Assembly (NCBI RefSeq): GCF_044704955.1 | Contig: NC_091993.1 | Location: 620,001-684,000, forward strand | Reading direction: 5' to 3' | DNA from: Pristiophorus japonicus | Taxonomy: Eukaryota | DNA length: 64,000 nt | Shown: positions 32,738-45,205 of the stretch, one piece after another | How the letters are laid out: the number at the start of each line of letters is the position of its first letter | Numbering within the stretch: the first letter of the stretch is position 1 | The notes under the pieces: model-generated | Seen by the model: only the letters and a program-made list of their open reading frames with translations | Database searches by the model: none | What the model was told of the DNA's origin: nothing | Translations under genes and position numbers: made by a program

Positions 32738-33187
32738 GTATATAGTGTCTTTCACGACCAGCGGACGAGTCAAAAGCGCTTTACAGCCAATGAAGTACTT
32801 TTGGAGTGTAGCCACTGTTGTAATGTGGGAAACGCAGCAGCCAATTTGTGCACAGCAAGCTCCCACACACAGCAATGTGATAATGACCAGATAATCTGTT
32901 TTTGTTATGTTGACTGAGGGATAAATATTGGGCAGGCCACTGGGGATAACTCCCCTGCTCTTCTTTGAGATAATGCCATGGGATCTTTTACGTCCATTTG
33001 AGAGAGCAGACGGGGCCTCGGTTTAATGTCTGATCAGAAAGATGGCACCTCCGACAGTGCAGCACTCCCTCAGCACTGCACTGCGGTGTCAGCCTAGATT
33101 TTTGTATTCAAGTCCCTGGAGTCGGACATGAACCCGCAACATTCTGACTCCGAGGTGAGTGTGCTGCACACTGAGCCACAGCTGACA
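32738..33187 (-). mobile_element. DeuSINE, near full length
   Basis: Reverse complement of 4279-4735. Confidence 0.88.
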
Positions 33188-33440
33188 CGTATACATAATT
33201 GTACAATGCATTTCACTTTACAAACAGCCCATTTAACTTTTATATAACTGTATAATGTAGAATCGTGTGGATTGTCACATGGAAGAAGTATAAACATTGG
33301 CTGTTTGTAATGAATATTTGGAGTTGTAAAGGCCGAAGAAAAGCCTGAGCTCAGGACCGTAACACATTGGAATCCCCAACCAGCCATCGTTGGGGCTTGG
33401 TTGTAAGCACAGTGAAACCTTTACAAATGGACACCCTCAT

Positions 33441-33719
33441 TGTAATGTATTTGCTTCATGGGTTCTTTGCTTAAGAATTCATAGCAACACATTGCTATTA
33501 AGAACGAGTTGGTTTATTAGCAAAAGGTTTAACAATCACACTACACATTACCAGTTCTTCCACCAGGCTCACAAGCACATGTCTCATCGTGGATCCTCCG
33601 AGCCCAACTGGCTGGGGTTTTATTGAGTCTTGTGAACATCACGTGACCGGCTTAGCCACTCCCAACTCTACAGCCACACACACCTGTGTGCATACTCACA
33701 GGTGGACGTGTGCATTACA
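33441..33719 (-). mobile_element. Solo-LTR-like element, copy B (no Tx1)
   Basis: tgtaat...attaca; reverse complement of copy A without its insert. Confidence 0.8.
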
Positions 33720-33938
33720 GCCGCCAATGTAGCAGGTCCCAGGGTCAGGATACCCCTGCCTCGACGGAAAAGGATCCCGGGCAATGACCTGGGAAACCCC
33801 AACAAACAGAAAATAAAACTGAAATCACATCTTGCTGACAGGACTCCGGAATTAGGCACAATCTGAGTTGAGGGTGAAAACAGGAAGGAGCTCTGCAGGA
33901 GGTAATGCCAATCCGTGGATATTTAGCTCATCCGGTTT

Positions 33939-34461
33939 ACATAGAAACATAGAAAATAGGTGCAGGAGTAGGCCATTCGGCCCTTCGAGCCTGCACCACC
34001 ATTCAATATGATCATGGCTGATCATGCAACTTCAGTACCCCATTCCTGCTTTCTCTCCAAAGCCCTTGATCCCTTTAGCCGTAAGGGCCACATCTAACTC
34101 CCTTTTGAATATATCTAACGAACTGGTCTCAACAACTTTCTGCGGTAGAGAATTCCACAGGTTCACAATTCTCTGAGTAAAGAAGTTTCTCCTCATCTCG
34201 GTCCTAAATGGCTTACACCTTATCCTAAGACTGTGACCCCTGGTTCTAGACATCCCCAACATCGGGAACATTCTTCCTGCATCTAACCTGTCCAATCCTG
34301 TCAGAATTTTATATGTTTCTATGAGATCCCCTCTCATTCTTCTAAATTCCAGTGATTATAAGCCTAGTCGATCCAGTCTTTCTTCATATGTCAGTCCTGC
34401 CATCCCGGGAATCAGTCTGGTGAACCTTCGCTGCACTCCCTCAATAGCAAGAACGTCCTTA
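33939..34461 (-). mobile_element. CR1 3' end, same subfamily as the full-length copy
   Basis: MRGDLIETYKILTGLDRLDAGRMFPML; catagaaa tail. Confidence 0.92.
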
Positions 34462-34994
34462 CTGTATGTACAAAGTCCATTTTGAAAATAAGCACAGCTG
34501 CAAATACCTGATGCAAGTCCCTTCGGTTTCCCTAAGGGCTTCACTGTATTTTAAGTATATGTTTACATACTGTTACAAATATTGTATGCTCAAAAAACCT
34601 GTGACATCTGATATTCAGTGTCTGAGCAAAAAACTTTATTGATTTGAGGAGTAAATTATAAATAAGACCACCAGATCCTCTAACAGCACAATGGCCGGAT
34701 TCACTCACTGTCACTGTGGCTGAACAAGTAACCTGAGCTTCCCAGAGGACCAGTGCCTGCACAGACTCTAGCTCAGCGAGGAAATTGTTGTTGAGGTCTG
34801 TCATTAGGGAGGCAGAGTCTACCAGTTTCAGACAAAGCCATTGAGGCCCCAACTTCTATCCCACAGGATGCTCCCAGTGAACCATAAGTTCACAAGACAG
34901 TTGCAGATGAGGAAGATCTTTTGCCCCATCTCAGCTCATCTGCAACCTGCAGTTCTCCCAGCACAGCCCTCCAACTGCTTCTTGAATGAATCCG

Positions 34995-35600
34995 CAGCAT
35001 AACTAAGACCGCCTGTTCCCACCTCCGTAACATCGCCCGTCTCCGCCCTTGCCTCAGCTCGTCCACTGTTGAAGCCCTCGTCCATGCCTTTGTTACCTCT
35101 AGACTTGACTATCCCAATGCACCCTTGGCCGGCCTCCTACATTCTACCCCAAGTAAACTAGAGGTCATCGAAACCTCGACTGCCCGTGTTCTAACTCGCA
35201 CCAAGTCCCGTTCACCCATCACCCCTGCGCTCACTGACCTACACTGGCTCTGTAACAATACATCCCAAGGCGCTCCACAGGAGTATTATGACAAAACATT
35301 TGACACCATGCCACCTAGGGAGAAATTAGGGCAGATGCTTGGTCAAAGAGTTAGGTTTTAAGGAGCGTCTTAAAGGAGGAAAGTGAGGTAGATTGACTTT
35401 CGGTTAAACAATGCCACAATTTCAAAATTCTCATCCTTATTTTCAAATCCCTCCCTTCAAACCCCTCCCTATCTTTGTAACCTCCTCCAGCCTCACAACC
35501 CCCCGAGATATCTACGTTCCTCTAATTCTGCCTTCTTGAGCATTCCTGATTATAATCACTCAACCATTGGTGGCCCTGCTAAACCTCTCCGCCTCTCACT
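34995..35600 (+). mobile_element. L2 ORF2 C-terminal region, with an inverted L2 piece at about 35250-35392
   Basis: HLRNIARLRPCLS...LVHAFVTSRLDY..., SPITPALTDLHWL. Confidence 0.8.
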
Positions 35601-36349
35601 CTACCGATCGGACAATTTGGAAGGTGTGACTGGAGGCTTTACTTTCTCCCATTGTTGCATAAAACTGCAGGCACTAAAGTGAGCTGTTGCTCTTTGAGTC
35701 TCGGTTACTGATCTTCCAAACAAGTCACATTTGGTTGTTTTTAAAAGCTTTCCTCAAAGGAACTTTCTGATGCAGGCCCGCCTGTTATGTTGACTGAAGA
35801 TTTATTTTATTCGTGAATGGTTGCAACTAGATTTTTTGAGATGTGATGGGGGATGTTCCTTGTGAATGCGGGAACTCACTTTATTCGAGCATTCCTGGTA
35901 GGGTTTGGAAATAAAATGGGGAGTAGGGTTGGAGTGGTGATGAGTTTAAGAGAAACTAGACTGAGATTCACACTCAAAATTACAGCAGGCACCAGAATAG
36001 CAGAAAACACACCAAGTCAGGTGTCCAAAATAAACCTTTCCAGGGAGGGTGGAGGAACTTTCTCCTAAACATCCCCCAACCCCCTCGAAAATAAATCACA
36101 TGCCTTCAGCACTCATGTTACTCCCCCCCCCATCCCCCCACCTATCTCTCAGGCATTTACACACGCACCACTGCTGTCATGTCTGTTTGTGCACTGCGAT
36201 AATTGCAAGAATATGTTCAATCTAACTCCTTATCTTCATGTGCCACAAGCCTGTATTCAGAGGCTTTTTTGAGGCGGTGTCATCTTGTTTTGAAGCTGTT
36301 AGCCAGCTCTTGCTTCTTTCCGAGGTTAGTATGGGACTGAACAGTCTAG

Positions 36350-36897
36350 GGGGTTGAAGTTCGGTCCCACCGTTTTTGAGGGGGTGACATGGGCTGAGTG
36401 CTGATTTTAACGCCAGGCGGGAGGTACCGCCTCAAACAGCCAAATTCAGTTTTGCCCCAAAGATGAGAGAGCAGCACTAAAAGTGGCATTGCACACTCAT
36501 CCTCTGGCACCAACGGGGCGGGAGCTCAGGAGGCCGACCGAATGTCCCCACGATCGGCTGCCGGCACGCACACCTCCTCACTGGTCCCATTACTACCTAA
36601 TCCTAAAAAAAACCAAATATAAACATTTACCTTGGTCCCTGGACACTCTCGCCCCAGGATCCCCGATGTCCCGGCAGCTTTCCCAGGCTGTACGGACACC
36701 TGCCGGTATGACCACCGTACTCACCTGATTACCCAACCGCGGCGGCTCGATGATGTCACCACGTGGCGTCTTGGCGTCACCACCACCACCCAACTACATT
36801 TGGCGTGAGCCGAGGTATCCACACCCCGCCGACGGTAAGCCCTTAGCCGCCCCTCTCCAGCGGTAACCGGTGGCGTTAGAAAACAAATTTTGACCCC
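36350..36897. mobile_element. Harbinger-type MITE
   Basis: tag|ggggttgaagtt ... aattttgacccc|taa. Confidence 0.6.
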
Positions 36898-37239
36898 TAA
36901 GTATTTTATTTCCCAGTCTTTTCCTTGTGACCTATTGGTGATCCTGTCTCAAGCTCATCGTCAATCTACTCCGTAGAGCCTGTCTCTGGGCGGCTGATCG
37001 ATTCAAGTGGTGATGTACTCTGTGTGTGAGTATGCAGTGTGTACTATGACGCAGGTTCTTGATATCAGGAAGCACCTTCCTGGTTTGAGGTACCAAGTGA
37101 TGGGCTTCATCACGTGAGCTACCGGTTTCACCTACCTTGTTTTGCTGTTGGAGGAGAAGACGGACCATTATTAATGAGTATAGATAACAATATTGCTACT
37201 GCACTGTCATTGCATCCTAACTTCTGTTTAATCGTTATC

Positions 37240-37567
37240 GAGGGTGAGGGCCCAGGGGCAGCACGGACCAGCCCACACTGCGATATGTGTGCGCACTAGG
37301 TCCGTGCAGCAGAGCAGGTCTCCAGTCGTCTTGGGTAATCCTTGCCACTGGACCAAGACCTAACTCTGTCAAGCCCGTGTGGTGGCTGGTGTGCAATGGC
37401 CACCACACGTTAAAAAAATCTACGCACAGGCATCTTCCACCCTTCAACATGTAGTTCTGGACCTGGAATATTAGGTCCTTCATTGAAACACCTGTGAACT
37501 AACTCATCCCTTTTTGGAGTGGAATCAAGTCTTCCTCGCTTTGAGGGACTGCCTATGATGATGATGA
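37240..37567 (+). mobile_element. Non-autonomous RTE-tailed element
   Basis: TSD taatcgtt(a/g)tc (37229-37239 / 37568-37578). Confidence 0.88.
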
Positions 37568-37587
37568 TAATCGTTGTCATCAAAACA

Positions 37588-37860
37588 AAAGGACTTGCAC
37601 TTATAGGGAGTCAAGGGTTATGGGGAGCGGGCAGGGAAGTGGAGCTGAGCCCAAGATCAGATCAGCCATGATCTTATTGAATGGCGGAGCAGGCTCGAGG
37701 GGCCAAATGGCCGACTCCTGCTCCTATTTCTTATCTTCTTATGTATAGCGCTTTCACAACCTCAGGACGTCCCAAAACGCTTTACAAACACTGAAGTACT
37801 TTTAATGTGTAGTCGCTGTTATAATGTAGGAAACGTGGCAACCAATTTGCACACAGCAAG
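37588..37860 (-). mobile_element. DeuSINE tail interrupted by a plus-strand CR1 3' end (37607-37743)
   Basis: TSD tatag at 37602-37606 and 37744-37748. Confidence 0.8.
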
Positions 37861-37899
37861 GCCTGTACTGCATTCATCAGTTGTCAAAACCTCCTGCTA

Positions 37900-38155
37900 T
37901 TACATGTAGAACGTCCTGAAACCAGAAACCTCGGGACTGAGGCCATTCTGTTTTTTGGGTTTTTCCGGATATCGGAGAAGAAATCCGAGGGGAGTACGTG
38001 GGTCAGGTGGGTGTCGGTTCGGGTCACATGTGGGTCGAGGTCATGGAGCATCCCGAAAGGCTCGGGAACAGGTTCGTATTTGTGCCATTTTAAAAAAAAA
38101 TGTCTGGTTTTCGGAACAGATTTCCAGATTTCGGACGCCGATTCCTGCGACCTGC
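37900..38155. mobile_element. Possible Tc1/pogo-like MITE remnant
   Basis: Repeated tccgga/ttcgga motifs; only one terminus recognisable. Confidence 0.3.
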
Positions 38156-39631
38156 CCAATGTCTGCCTGTCGTGTTAAATTTTCCTTTACTAGTTTGAAC
38201 CCGTGTCCCCTTGTCCAACTCACGCAATGTACTTTAGCTCTGAGTTGTAAACAAGTGCTGCAAGAATCCCCGGCTTAAGGTAGACGGACAAACCGGTTGG
38301 AAAGACAGACGCTTAGATCTATATCAAAATGTCACTGCGGGATAATGGACATATCTCCAGATTAAAGAACGTTAAGCAAACAGAAAACTAAGATCCATCA
38401 GTGTCGTGTTTCAAGTACTGCACAGTTTTTGCGTTCCTTTATCATTAAATGCTTATTTTGGCACAAAGAGGATTCATTACTGCTTAACTTATTGAATTGG
38501 GTATTTGGATTTTGCTCGTGACCTTTTATCAAGTAAAGAGTGAAAATCTGACTTTATTGCGTAATATTTATTTGTGATGCGTATTATGGCTTTGGGGAAA
38601 CTCTCAAAACGAAACTTCATGTCAAAAAATGTGCAAGTGGTTCATCCAGTCAGATAGCGCAAGGTTAGTTGTGTAAAGTCCTGGAAATGTGTCAAGATAC
38701 AACATGAAGCTGTGCTAACTGGGTCACAGAATCCCTGGCACAGAGCGTTTCGGTCGTTTCTTTAAGTGACACCACGTGTGTGACACTGGCATTATCTCAG
38801 TAAAAGCCGGGTTGAATTTAATTACACCGACACATCGCCAAAGTCACAATTACCCTCAGCAGCATTGCCAGCAGGAATTTCAGGCTTGCAAACCCGAAAT
38901 TACTGCCATCTAATCCAGGAGCGCGGAAAATGGAGGCATCCATGACAGACGACATCCTTGGAAAGGTACAAAAAGATAGTTATTCTGAAAATGACGGCCT
39001 GCCCATATGTCTGAAAACCATTGTTGGTGCCTTCTGGATTTGGGATCTACCTACAGGAGGACTTGAAAGCCTGCAATTCCTGATAGCTGTGCTTTTTAAC
39101 CAGTGCTTTCTTTCAACAGCCCTCCTTAACTTATAACTTATCCCAGGAATGATGCCAACAGTGTGCCTCCTCTTGAACTTTCTTTGAACCGGGAGAATCT
39201 GTCTTTTGTTTTTCCTCTTTTTTTCCCAAACCATCTCTTTCAAATAAATAAAAAAAGCACTTCCATTTAACGTGGAACAGGGGGAGGCCATTCAGCCCAT
39301 GAGCCTGTTCCGCTATTCAATTGGAGTGCATAGCTGATCTTTATCTTAACCCCATTTTCCTGCCTTGGTTGTGTAACACTTAATACTCTCGCCTCTCAAT
39401 TTCATTCTTGAAATTTTCAATTGCCCCCCCAGCCTCAACTGCTTATTGGGAGAGAGAGAGCTCCTGATTTTCACTAGCCATTGTGTAAAGACAGCTTCCT
39501 GACATCACCCCTGAATGGTCTAGCACTAATCTCTAGGTTATGACCCCTTATTCTGGACTCCCCACAAGAGGAATGTTTCTCTCTATTAACTCCTTTAATC
39601 ACCTTTAACAATCACCCATTAATCTTCTATA

Positions 39632-41478
39632 AACATAAGAATTCGGAACAGGAGTAGGCCATTTAGCCCCTCGAGCCTGCTCCGCCATTCAACAAGATCA
39701 TGGCTGATCTGGCCGTGGACTCAGCTCCACTTACCCGCCCGCTCCCCATAACCCTTAATTCCCTTATTGGTTAAAAATCTATCTATCTGTGACTTGAATA
39801 CATTCAATGAGCTAGCCTCAACTGCTTCCTTGGGCAGAGAATTCCACAGATTCACAACCCTCTGGGAGAAGAAATTCCTTCTCAACTCGGTTTTAAATTG
39901 GCTCCCCCGTATTTTGAGGTTGTGCCCCCTAGTTCTAGTCTCCCCGACCAGTGGAAACAACCTCTCTGCCTCTATCTTGTCTATCCCTTTCATTATTTTA
40001 AATGTTTCTATAAGATCACCCCTCATCCTTCTGAACTCCAACAAGTAAAGACCCAGTCTACTCAATCTATCATCAGAAGGTAACCCCCTCATCTCCGGAA
40101 TCAGCCGAGTGAATCGTCTCTGTACCCCCTCCAAAGCTAGTATATCCTTCCTTAAGTAAGGTGACCAAAACTGCACGCAGTACTCCAGGTGCGGCCTCAC
40201 CAATACCCTGTACAGTTGCAGCAGGACCTCCCTGCTTTTGTACTCCATCCCTCTCGCAATGAAGGCCAACATTCCATTCGCCTTCCTGATTACCTGCTGC
40301 ACCTGCAAACTAACTTTGCAAACTAACTTTTTGGGATTCATGCACAAGGACCCCCAGGTCCCTCTGCACCACAGCATGTTGTAATTTCTCCCCCTTCAAA
40401 TAATATTCCCTTTTACTGTTTTTTTTCCCAAGGTGGATGACCTCACACTTTCCGACATTGTATTCCATCTGCCAAGCCTTAGCCCATTCGCTTAACCTAT
40501 CTAAATCTCTTTGCAGCCTCTCTGTGTCCTCTACACAACCCGCTTTCCCACTAATCTTAGTGTCATCTGCAAATTTTGTTACACTACACTCTGTCCCCTC
40601 TTCCAGGTCATCTATGTATATTGTAAACAGTTGTGGTCCCAGCACTGATCCCTGTGGCACACTACTAACCACCGATTTCCAACCCGAAAAGGACCCATTT
40701 ATCCCGACTCTCTGCTTTCTGTTAGCCAGCCAATTCTCGATCCATGCTAATACATTTCCTCTGACTCCACGTATCTCTATCTTCTGCAATAACCTTTTGT
40801 GTGGCACCTTATCGAATGCCTTTTGGAAATCTAAATACACCACATCCATCGGTACACCTCTATCCACCATGCTCGTTATATCCTCAAAGAACTCCAGTAA
40901 ATTAGTTGAACATGATTTCCCCTTCATGAATCCATGTTGCGTCTGCTTGATTGCACTATTCCTATCTAGATGTCCCGCTATTTCTTCCTTAATGATAGCT
41001 TCAAGCATTTTCCCCACTACAGATGTTAAACTAACCGGCCTATAGTTACCTGCCTTTTGCCTGCCCCCTTTTTTAAACAGAGGCGTTACATTAGCTGCTT
41101 TCCAATCCGCTGGTATATCCCCAGAGTCCAGAGAATTTTGGTAGATTATAACGAATGCATCTGCTATAACTTCCGCCATCTCTTTTAATACCCTGGGATG
41201 CATTTCATCAGGACATGGGGACCTGTCTACCTTGAGTCCCATTAGCCTGTCCAGCACTACCCCCCTAGTGATAGTGATTGTCTCAAGGTCCTCCCTTCCC
41301 ACATTCCTGTGACCAGCAATTTTTGGCATGGTTTTTGTGTCTTCCACTGTGAAAACCGAAGCAAAATAATTGTTTAAGGTCTCAGCCATTTCCACATTTC
41401 CCATTATTAAATCCTCCTGCTCATCTTCTAAGGGACCAACATTTACTTTAGTCACTCTTTTCCGTTTTATATATCGGT
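39632..41478 (-). mobile_element. 5'-truncated CR1 (RT domain to 3' end) nested in an older CR1
   Basis: RT motifs in ORFs 40310-41491 and 39721-40377; frameshift from a tandem duplication of tgcaaactaactt near 40304-40330; older CR1 at about 39280-39630 and 42155-42335. Confidence 0.93.
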
Positions 41479-41511
41479 AAAAGGAATACAAGTTTTAAGG
41501 GGGGAAACTGT

Positions 41512-42150
41512 GGGGCACAAATTACTTTGCGACCGGGCGCGGCACCGCTAACGACTCCCGCTAAATTCGGCGGGAGTTTAATGGCGGTGCTACGGCATTG
41601 TGCCCCGATCACCTGCGCTCAGAGATCATGACGTCATTGCCCCATTAGCGCCCCGGACCCTAAGTTGGGTATTGTCCCCTGAAGTTGCGCGGGGCGACAA
41701 CAGCGACAGCTTCAGGGGGACGCGCAGGGCGGGCGGCCGCGAGCGGGGTGAAGTTTAAAGGGGAGGTGGCCGGCTGCTCCTGAAAAAAACGCCCGCTTTT
41801 CTTTTCCGCACCGGCGGCGATTTGGACGCGGGATCGGTGCTGCGATCGCTCGGCCCGGTTCTCTCTGCTTGAGTGCCGGGCCGATCACGTGGATCCCTCA
41901 CTCCTCGGAGGTCCGGGTAGGTGGGTTCCCAATATACAGAGTACGCAACTTGGGCCCTTGCCTTTAATTCAGGGCAGAGCCCCTCCTGCGAGGCAGGGCT
42001 ACACGGCCCAGTGCTTAGCACTGCCGCGCGCCCCGCTCCCGCCCCAGACAGGACGTGGAGCGCTTGAATTAGCTTCTGCGCCTGGCGCAGAGTCTCACGC
42101 CTCACGAGTCTCATCGCCCCCAAACGGGGCGCTCCCAAATTTCTAGGCCC
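41512..42150. mobile_element. GC-rich Harbinger-type MITE
   Basis: ggggcacaaatt ... aatttctaggccc; CpG-rich. Confidence 0.55.
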
Positions 42151-42337
42151 TGGCCTCTGCAACCTGTCCTCATTATCTAACCCTTATAGCACCGGTAACA
42201 TTCTGGTGAATCTGCTCTGCATCCCCTGAAAAGCCAATATAGCCTTCCTGATGGGCAGTGCCCAGAACTGAACGCAGTGCTCCAGATTGGATCTAACCAG
42301 AGCTGTATATAACTGTAACGTAACTTCTACCTCTTTG

Positions 42338-42553
42338 TATTTGCATTTGTATAGTGCCTTTCACGTCCTCAGCTCGTGAAGTTGTTTTGAAGTGTAGTCA
42401 CTGTTCTAACGTAGGAAACACGGCGGCCATTTTGCGCACAGCAAGGTCCCACAAACAGCAATGAGATAATGACCAGATAATCTGCTTTAGTGATGTTGGT
42501 TGAGGGATAAATATGGGACAGGACATTGGGGATAACTCTTCTTCGAATGGTGC
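42338..42553 (-). mobile_element. DeuSINE 3' half
   Basis: Reverse-complement tail and core. Confidence 0.75.
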
Positions 42554-42689
42554 CTAACAACACGTTGCCTACGGTTTCTACACGAGGTGAGGTTTTTCTT
42601 TGACTTCATTTGTCCCTCTCGCGCCCTTGTGTATCCCAAGAGTTTGATCAGAACACTGGTAACATCACCACTGCACCACCACACCTAAC

Positions 42690-42901
42690 ACTGGAGGAAG
42701 TGTATCCGGGAGGGCGCTGAGCACCTCGAGTCTCATCGCCGAGAGCATGCAGAAACCAAGCGCAGGCAGCAGAAGGAGCGTGCGGCAAACCAGTCCCACC
42801 CACTCTTTCCCTCAACCACTGTCTGTCCCACCTGTGACAGAGACTGTAATTCCTGTATTGGACTGTTCAGTCACCTGAGAACTCACTTTTAGACTGGAAG
42901 C
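42690..42901 (+). mobile_element. RTE LINE 3' end
   Basis: KERAANQSHP...CPTCDRDCNSCIGLFSHLRTHF. Confidence 0.8.
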
Positions 42902-43584
42902 GGAAAGATCCCCCCTCTCCCCAAAACTGAAGTGAGCTGACCGACTTTGGAAAAGCCAACCCTGCGTGGATCTGAATTCACCGAGTCTGCCTCGGTTTGG
43001 ACCTGGAAATATGTGGAAGCTTATCTGAATCTTCGCAAGTATGAAGTGATCTCGAGATGTTACATTTCCAGGAGGTCTTGTAGATATTTTGCATAGTTTG
43101 AAAGGGACAGGATACGCTGCAGGAGGCAGGCCCATGAAAGAGGCACAGCTGACATTTGGGTTTACAGTCAGATTTTAGCGTCCTTTCTAAGATATTCTCT
43201 TTATAGGTCTCATGGCACTGAATTTTATTTAGTTTAATGAGATTCCATGACAGGTGTAGGATGCCAGTGCAGCCTATTGTGGGCGGCTAGCTGTTGCTGC
43301 ACAGTGGACTAGCAAGCCAGCGTTCTGTGGTGGGATAGCACAGCTGGAAATAACTGCAGCATAGAATCCAGTCATCGGAGAAACAGCGAAACGAACTGCC
43401 AGAATCTACCAACTCCACCGGATATATTTATGTAAATGTATTACTTCAGGATTAACGGGGTCTTAGTATGTGTTCATGCAGCTTCATTATGTATCCATCA
43501 TCTCACTCCACTGCCTCCGAATTGTCCGACTGTTTGTTCATTTCCAGTTTTGAATGGGCAGCACTTTCCTCCAGCGACACATTT

Positions 43585-45205
43585 TGAGGACCGAGCTTTG
43601 TGCTTCAGCCCTCGCCACAAGCTCTGCAACTCGCCATCGACTCCATCCCCTTCCCCGGCCATGGCCCCAATTTGGACCCGACTGTTCGCCACCCTGGCAT
43701 CCTGTTCAACTCCTGAGCTGGGCTTCTGGTCCCACATCTTCTCCACCTGCCGCCTCAGGCCTTACCTTAGACTCTCCGCTGCTGAAACTCAACCAAGCCT
43801 TTGTCACCTCTAGGCCCGACTGTTCTAGTGCTCCCCTAACCGGCCTCCCCAACCGGCCCTCCGTATATTTTCTTCATCTCTGCTGCCTGTATTCGATTTC
43901 GTACCGAGTCACCCCCTGGTGATTGGCAGATGATCCAAAGGCGACATGAGGAAAACTTTTTTTACGCAGTGAATGGTCATGACCTGTACAGGATATTGGT
44001 GAGGCCACACCTGGAGTACTGCATACAGTTTTGGTCTCCATATTTAAGGAAGGATAGCATTGGAGGCTGTTCAGAGAAGGTTCATTCGGTTGATTCCGGA
44101 GATGAGGGGGTTGACTTATGAAGATCGGTTGAGTAGGTTGGACCTCTACTCATTGGAGTTCAGAAGAATGAGAGGTGATCTTATTGAAACATATAAGATA
44201 ATGAGGGGGCTTGACAAGGTGAATGCAGAGAGGATATTTCCACTCATAGAGGAAACTAAATCTATGGGACATAGGTCTCAGAATAAGGGGCCGCCCATTT
44301 AAAACTGAGATGAGGAGAAATTTCTTCTGAGGGTTGTAAATCTGTGGAATTCTCTGCCCCAGAGAGTTGTGGGGGCTGGGTCATTGAATATATTTAAGGC
44401 GGAGATAGACAGATTTTTGAGCGATAAGGGAGTAAAGAAGTTATGGGGAGCGGGCAGTGAAGTGGAACTGAGTCCATGATCAAATCAGCCATGATCTTAT
44501 TGAATGGTGGAGCAGGCTCGAGGGGCCTAATGGCCTACTCCTGCTCCTATTTCTTATGTTCTTATGAGAGAGTGGTGGAGGCCGATCCAATCGTGGCTTT
44601 CAAAAGGGAATTGGATAAGTACCTGAAGAAAGAAAAATTTCAGGGCTACAGGACAAGGGAGGGGGAGGGGGAGCTGAAGTGGTCTTGCAGAGAGCTGGCA
44701 CGGGCTGGATGGGCCGATTGGCCTCTTTCTGTGCTGTGTCTATTCAGTGATTCTGTACTTGCTGACCTACATTGGCTCCCGGTTCCCCCAATGCTTCAAA
44801 TTAAAAATTCTCATCGTGTGTCTAAATCCTTTACTGGTGTCACCCCTCTCTATCTCTGTAACCTTCTCCAGCCCTACAACTGTGTGTGTGTGTGTGTGTG
44901 TCCCGCGCCCTACAGAACACTCCGCTCTTCATACCCTGGCCTCCTGTGCAGCCCCCTTCCCTTTGAAGCACCATTTGCAGCCGTGCCTTCAGCTGTCGAG
45001 GCCCGCTCTTTGACGGTCCTTCCCCTAAACCCCCTTGCCTCTCCACTGCTTCCTCCTTTTAAGACCCTCCTTAAAGCCAACATCTTTAACCAAGCTTGTG
45101 GTCACCCCTCTGAACAACTTTGCCTTGGGTGCGGAGTCCATTTTATGATTACGTCTCTGAGAAACATTTTGGGATGTTTTACTATGGAAACGGCAAGTTT
45201 TTGTT
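43585..45205 (+). mobile_element. L2 fragment containing an old CR1 (about 43918-44752), which contains a younger CR1 (about 43984-44566)
   Basis: L2 AFVTSR.D...LADLHWLPV interrupted by CR1 motifs; (TG)n at about 44881. Confidence 0.75.
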
